Assembly: GCA_963726265.1 (NCBI GenBank)
Contig: CAVSBQ010000002.1
Span: forward strand, 959,334 to 1,023,333
DNA from: Candidatus Aenigmatarchaeota archaeon
Lineage (GTDB): Archaea > Aenigmatarchaeota > Aenigmatarchaeia > QMZP01 > QMZT01
Direction of reading: 5' to 3'
Length of the DNA: 64,000 nucleotides
How positions within the stretch are numbered: position 1 is the first letter of the stretch; each line of letters opens with the position of its first letter. The notes beneath the pieces were generated by a model. It was not told the origin of the DNA, made no database searches, and was given only the letters and a program-made list of their open reading frames with translations. Below are positions 60,469 to 64,000 of the stretch, in pieces. The translations under genes were made by a program, and so were the position numbers.

Positions 60469-61275
60469 GTGGTCGGGATGAATGAGATATACGCTGCTTT
60501 GGAGAAGATAAAGGCGTTGAAGCCGCTGGTCCATCACATGACCAACTGGGTCACTATATACGACTGCGCGAACGTCACGCGCTGCATCGGAGCGCTGCCG
60601 GTGATGGCATACGCCGCCGAGGAGGTCGAGGAGATGGCTTCCAGCGCGCAGTCGCTGGTGCTCAACATAGGGACGCTGACGCCCGAGCTTGTCGATTCCA
60701 TGATGCTTGCCGCGAAGAAGGCGAACGAGAAGCGCATCCCGGTCGTCATGGATGTGGTCGGCGTGGGCGCAACGAAGCTGCGCACGGACAAGGCGAAGGA
60801 AATCCTGTCGAAGGCGCGCGTCGACATAGTGAAGGGCAACATTGGCGAGATGGGCACGCTTGCAGGCGTCAGGGCGGAGGTCAGGGGCGTCGAATCCATG
60901 GGCGCGGCTCTCAAGCCGGACATGATAGCCGGCGCAGTGGCCAGGGCATACAAGACGACTGCGGTCGTGACGGGCAAGGACAACGTCGTGTCGGACGGCA
61001 AGAGACGCTATGTCGTCTCCAACAGCCACGTGATGCTGACGTCGATAGTCGGGACGGGCTGCATGATAGCGAGCGCGATAGGCGCTTTTGCGGCGGTCGA
61101 GAAGGATTATGCGAAAGCGGCCGCGTACGCCCTCGTTTGCTTCGGCATCGCAGGCGAGCTCGCTGCGGCGAAGTCGAAGGGGCCTGGCAGCTTCAAGGAG
61201 AACCTCTACGACGAGCTTTACAGCCTTGACGAGAAGACCATAGCAAAGATGCAGAAGATGAGGCTGGTGAAATGA
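60469..61275 (+). CDS. thiM: hydroxyethylthiazole kinase
   Basis: LKPLVHHMTNWVTIYDCANVTRCIGALPVMA and GTGCMIASAIGAF. The ATG at 60478 is the likely start. Confidence 0.85.
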   Translation: MVGMNEIYAALEKIKALKPLVHHMTNWVTIYDCANVTRCIGALPVMAYAAEEVEEMASSAQSLVLNIGTLTPELVDSMMLAAKKANEKRIPVVMDVVGVGATKLRTDKAKEILSKARVDIVKGNIGEMGTLAGVRAEVRGVESMGAALKPDMIAGAVARAYKTTAVVTGKDNVVSDGKRRYVVSNSHVMLTSIVGTGCMIASAIGAFAAVEKDYAKAAAYALVCFGIAGELAAAKSKGPGSFKENLYDELYSLDEKTIAKMQKMRLVK

Positions 61276-61922
61276 AAGGGAAAAAATTACACTTCGACTA
61301 TTACTTCATAACCGATCGCGGCCTATCCAGAAAGAACGTGATCGAGGACGTCGAGGCCGCTCTCAGGGCGGGCGTGCGCGTCGTCCAGTACAGGGAGAAG
61401 GCGCTTTCGACGACTGCGATGATCGACGAGGCGAGGAAGATCGCCGATTTGTGCAGGAAACGCGCGCTTTTCATAGTGAACGACAGGCTCGACGTCGCGC
61501 TGGCGAGCAACGCGGACGGCGTTCACCTTGGGCCGGATGACATGGAGCTCGAGGACGCGAGGAGGATTCTAGGTAAAAGGAAGATAATCGGGGTGAGCGT
61601 CTCCTCGGTCGAGGAAGCGAAGAGATGCGAGGAGGCGGGGGCGGATTACGTGAGCCTTTCGCCGGTCTTCGCGACTGCAACCAAGAAGGACGCCGGCCAG
61701 CCTCTGGGGTTGAACGCGGTAAAAGATGCCAGGAAAAAGCTGCGCATACCGTTCACGGTCATAGGCGGCATAAGCCAGGCGAATTTGCGCTCCGTGCTGG
61801 ATGCGGGCGCGACCAGCGTCTGCATGCTTTCAGCCGTGCTTAAAGCGAAAGACGTGGAGACGGAGATAAGAAACATCAGGAGGACCATCCATGAGCACGC
61901 AGCTCGAACGGGCAAGAAATAG
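61272..61922 (+). CDS. thiE: thiamine-phosphate synthase
   Basis: YFITDR...VQYREK...DGVHLGPDD...GVSV...ADYVSLSPVFAT.TK. Its start overlaps the thiM stop (ATGA). Confidence 0.85.
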   Translation: MKGKKLHFDYYFITDRGLSRKNVIEDVEAALRAGVRVVQYREKALSTTAMIDEARKIADLCRKRALFIVNDRLDVALASNADGVHLGPDDMELEDARRILGKRKIIGVSVSSVEEAKRCEEAGADYVSLSPVFATATKKDAGQPLGLNAVKDARKKLRIPFTVIGGISQANLRSVLDAGATSVCMLSAVLKAKDVETEIRNIRRTIHEHAARTGKK

Positions 61923-63162
61923 CGAGACGACGAAGGCCATGGAAAGCGTCGCCAGGGACGAGAAGGTTAATGCGAAAGAGCTCATGCAAAACATCGCGCA
62001 CGGCCATGTCGTCATTACCGCGAGCGCGCTGCACAAAAATATCAGGCCGCTCGGGATAGGCAAAGGCCTGCGCGTCAAGGTCAATTCGAACATCGGCACG
62101 TCAGTCGCGAAAGCGGACGTCGCATACGAGCTGGAGAAGCTGCGCGTTTCGATAGAGTCCGGCGCGGACACGGTGATGGACCTGAGCACGGGCGGCGACA
62201 TCGACCGCGTGCGCAGGGAGATACTAAAGCATTCTACGGTTCCGATAGGGACGGTTCCCATTTACCAGGCCGTGTGCGAGCGCGGCGAGATAGTCGAGCT
62301 CACCGCGGATGACTTTCTGCGCGGGATACGGAAGCATATTGATGACGGCGTGGATTTTATTACGGTTCATTCGGGCGTGACTAGGGCGGCGATTCCACTG
62401 GTCCGGAAGCGAACGATGGGTGTCGTCTCGCGCGGCGGCGCGTTCCTGATAAAATGGATGGAGCACAACAAACGCGAAAATCCGCTTTACGAGAATTTTG
62501 ACAAGATTCTGAAGATGGCTTACAGGCATGACGTCACCCTGAGCCTCGGCGACGGTCTCCGCCCTGGATGCATAAAGGACGCGACCGACAAAGCGCAGCT
62601 GCACGAGCTGCGCGTTCTTGGCAGGCAGGCCGACGCGGCGTATGAAGCGAATGTGCAGGTCATTATCGAAGGCCCTGGTCACATCCCGCTCCACCAGATA
62701 AAGAAAAACATCGAGCTGCAAAAGAGGATTTGCAAGGGCAGGCCTTTCTACGTGCTTGGCCCCATTGTCACGGACATCGCGCCCGGCTACGACCACATCA
62801 CCTCGGCGATAGGCGGCGCTCTTGCGGCGTACCATGGAGCGGATTTCTTATGTTACGTCACGCCGCGCGAACATCTTGGTCTTCCTGACGTGGATGACGT
62901 GCGCGAGGGCGTCATAGCCTCGAAAATCGCCGCGCATGCGGCCGACCTGGCCCGCGGCATCGACGGCGAATGGGACGACAAAATGGCGGATGCGCGCGCG
63001 AACCTGGACTGGAAGCGCATGATGGAACTGGCGATAAACCCGGCGAAAGCGAAGCGCATGCGCGAAGAATGCTCGCCGAAAGACCCGATGACGTGCTCCA
63101 TGTGCGACAGGTTCTGCTCCGTCAAGCTGACGAAATCCATGAGGGAAGAGGCAAAGAAGTGA
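61891..63162 (+). CDS. thiC: phosphomethylpyrimidine synthase (radical SAM ThiC)
   Basis: 423 aa with DTVMDLSTGG, TVPIYQA and a C-terminal CSMCDRFCS (CX2CX4C) cluster motif. Confidence 0.9.
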   Translation: MSTQLERARNSETTKAMESVARDEKVNAKELMQNIAHGHVVITASALHKNIRPLGIGKGLRVKVNSNIGTSVAKADVAYELEKLRVSIESGADTVMDLSTGGDIDRVRREILKHSTVPIGTVPIYQAVCERGEIVELTADDFLRGIRKHIDDGVDFITVHSGVTRAAIPLVRKRTMGVVSRGGAFLIKWMEHNKRENPLYENFDKILKMAYRHDVTLSLGDGLRPGCIKDATDKAQLHELRVLGRQADAAYEANVQVIIEGPGHIPLHQIKKNIELQKRICKGRPFYVLGPIVTDIAPGYDHITSAIGGALAAYHGADFLCYVTPREHLGLPDVDDVREGVIASKIAAHAADLARGIDGEWDDKMADARANLDWKRMMELAINPAKAKRMREECSPKDPMTCSMCDRFCSVKLTKSMREEAKK

Positions 63163-64000
63163 AAATGTCCATCGGGAATGGCGGGCGATCCCTTGGAAGT
63201 ATGGGCCTGTGCCCGAAAAGCCTGCGCCTTCTTATCGCTTTTCTCAGGAATATCAGGTAAACGGCCAGCACGGCTACGACTATTATCGTGACTGCTGCAG
63301 TCAAAGCCGGAAGCATTTCCCACAGTTCCTGCAATCCCTGCATCCAGTCATAAGGTTCGCTCTCCTGGACGTTCGCAGTAACGTTTCCGGAGCTTTCGTT
63401 GATTACGACGGTTTCGTTTTCAGGGGCGGTTTCGTTTTTTGTCGCGTTCTGTTCAGGCTGCGTTTCGTTGGCCGGCTTTTTCGTCGTTGTGGTGGTGTTG
63501 GCTGTCGCGTTCGACGTGTTGGCCGGCGGCATGTATGCTCCGCCTCCGTAGCTGGGGACATAATGTGTCGTGCAGGCCGAGCACGAGCCGCCGCAGTCGA
63601 CGCCGGTCTCGTCGTAGTTCTGCATGCCGTCCGAGCACTGCTCGGTCAGCGAATATGTGCTGAAGGACAGGACGGTCACGTTGTAGACTCCGGCGGTGGC
63701 ATTATAAGAGGCGTTCTGGCAATGCGAACCGCAGTCGGAGCCGTCCCTTTTTACTATGGGTTTCGCGAGCGTAACGTTGGAAAACGTCAGGTTCGCGCTC
63801 TTGTTGAATTCCGGCAGGCCTGTCGAGTTGACGGCGATGGAAAGGTCCGCGACGACGATGTTCCCCGTGAGGTTCCTGCTCACCGATATGTTCAGGTTTT
63901 CCAGGAATGCGATGCCTCCGTACTGGTTGAAGAGGGTGACGTTGCTGATGTTCTCGAGCTGGGCGGCGCTGTACTGGGTGAAGTTCGTCGTGCCGTTCGA
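63122..64000 (-). CDS. second sequon-rich surface protein with C-terminal TM anchor; 5' end lies beyond the window
   Basis: I translated the frame upstream of the track start (GTG 63883); it stays open to nt 64000 (…NGTTNFTQYSAAQLENISNVTLFNQ…). Contains NET/NAT/NTT tracts and the TM helix LPALTAAVTIIVVAVLAVYLIFL. Confidence 0.5.
   Translation of the reverse strand, partial: SNGTTNFTQYSAAQLENISNVTLFNQYGGIAFLENLNISVSRNLTGNIVVADLSIAVNSTGLPEFNKSANLTFSNVTLAKPIVKRDGSDCGSHCQNASYNATAGVYNVTVLSFSTYSLTEQCSDGMQNYDETGVDCGGSCSACTTHYVPSYGGGAYMPPANTSNATANTTTTTKKPANETQPEQNATKNETAPENETVVINESSGNVTANVQESEPYDWMQGLQELWEMLPALTAAVTIIVVAVLAVYLIFLRKAIRRRRLFGHRPILPRDRPPFPMDIFTSLPLPSWISSA

Overview
Archaeal chromosome segment. 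Evidence for Archaea: RNA polymerase subunit D, Hel308, FlaI/FlaJ-type pilus genes, ApgM, form III RuBisCO, and tRNAs with bulge-helix-bulge introns. The backbone is roughly 55-60% GC by eye. The gene content resembles a small-genome, DPANN-like archaeon, but that is inference only. Positions 1-44.8 kb and 59.2-64 kb are mostly core genes: rpoD, three tRNAs (two with introns), HD hydrolase, M50 and HtpX proteases, a giant sequon-rich surface protein, class II LysRS, and a pilus ATPase plus platform protein. They also hold RuBisCO + AMP phosphorylase + ApgM, NFACT, Hel308, MscS, dCMP deaminase, a short SMC, two tandem membrane pyrophosphatases, an MtnA/e2b2 isomerase, aldolase, ADH and thiMEC. 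Positions 44.8-59.2 kb form an accessory TA/defence island with PIN, Doc+RHH, XRE, two wHTH-MNT/HEPN pairs, AbiE and several unknown genes. Inside it lies a much lower-GC block (about 50.1-55.8 kb) carrying DUF262-HNH, two PD-(D/E)xK nucleases, a beta-class DNA methyltransferase, a Csa3-like CARF-wHTH regulator with no CRISPR in view, and a repeat-punctuated micro-ORF array. Main leads: (1) the CARF regulator embedded in the nuclease/methylase block; (2) an unassignable divergent gene trio at 47.5-49.3 kb; (3) a 12-bp palindrome (ATGTTTAAACAT) at a fixed distance upstream of four island genes; (4) an AbiE cassette flanked by direct repeats that duplicate the 5' end of the neighbouring gene; (5) a surface-protein gene with five frame changes packed into about 540 bp; (6) a K+-independent/K+-dependent pyrophosphatase tandem. 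Several apparent frameshifts elsewhere may be assembly errors. All calls come from reading the sequence and ORF track by eye; no searches were run.
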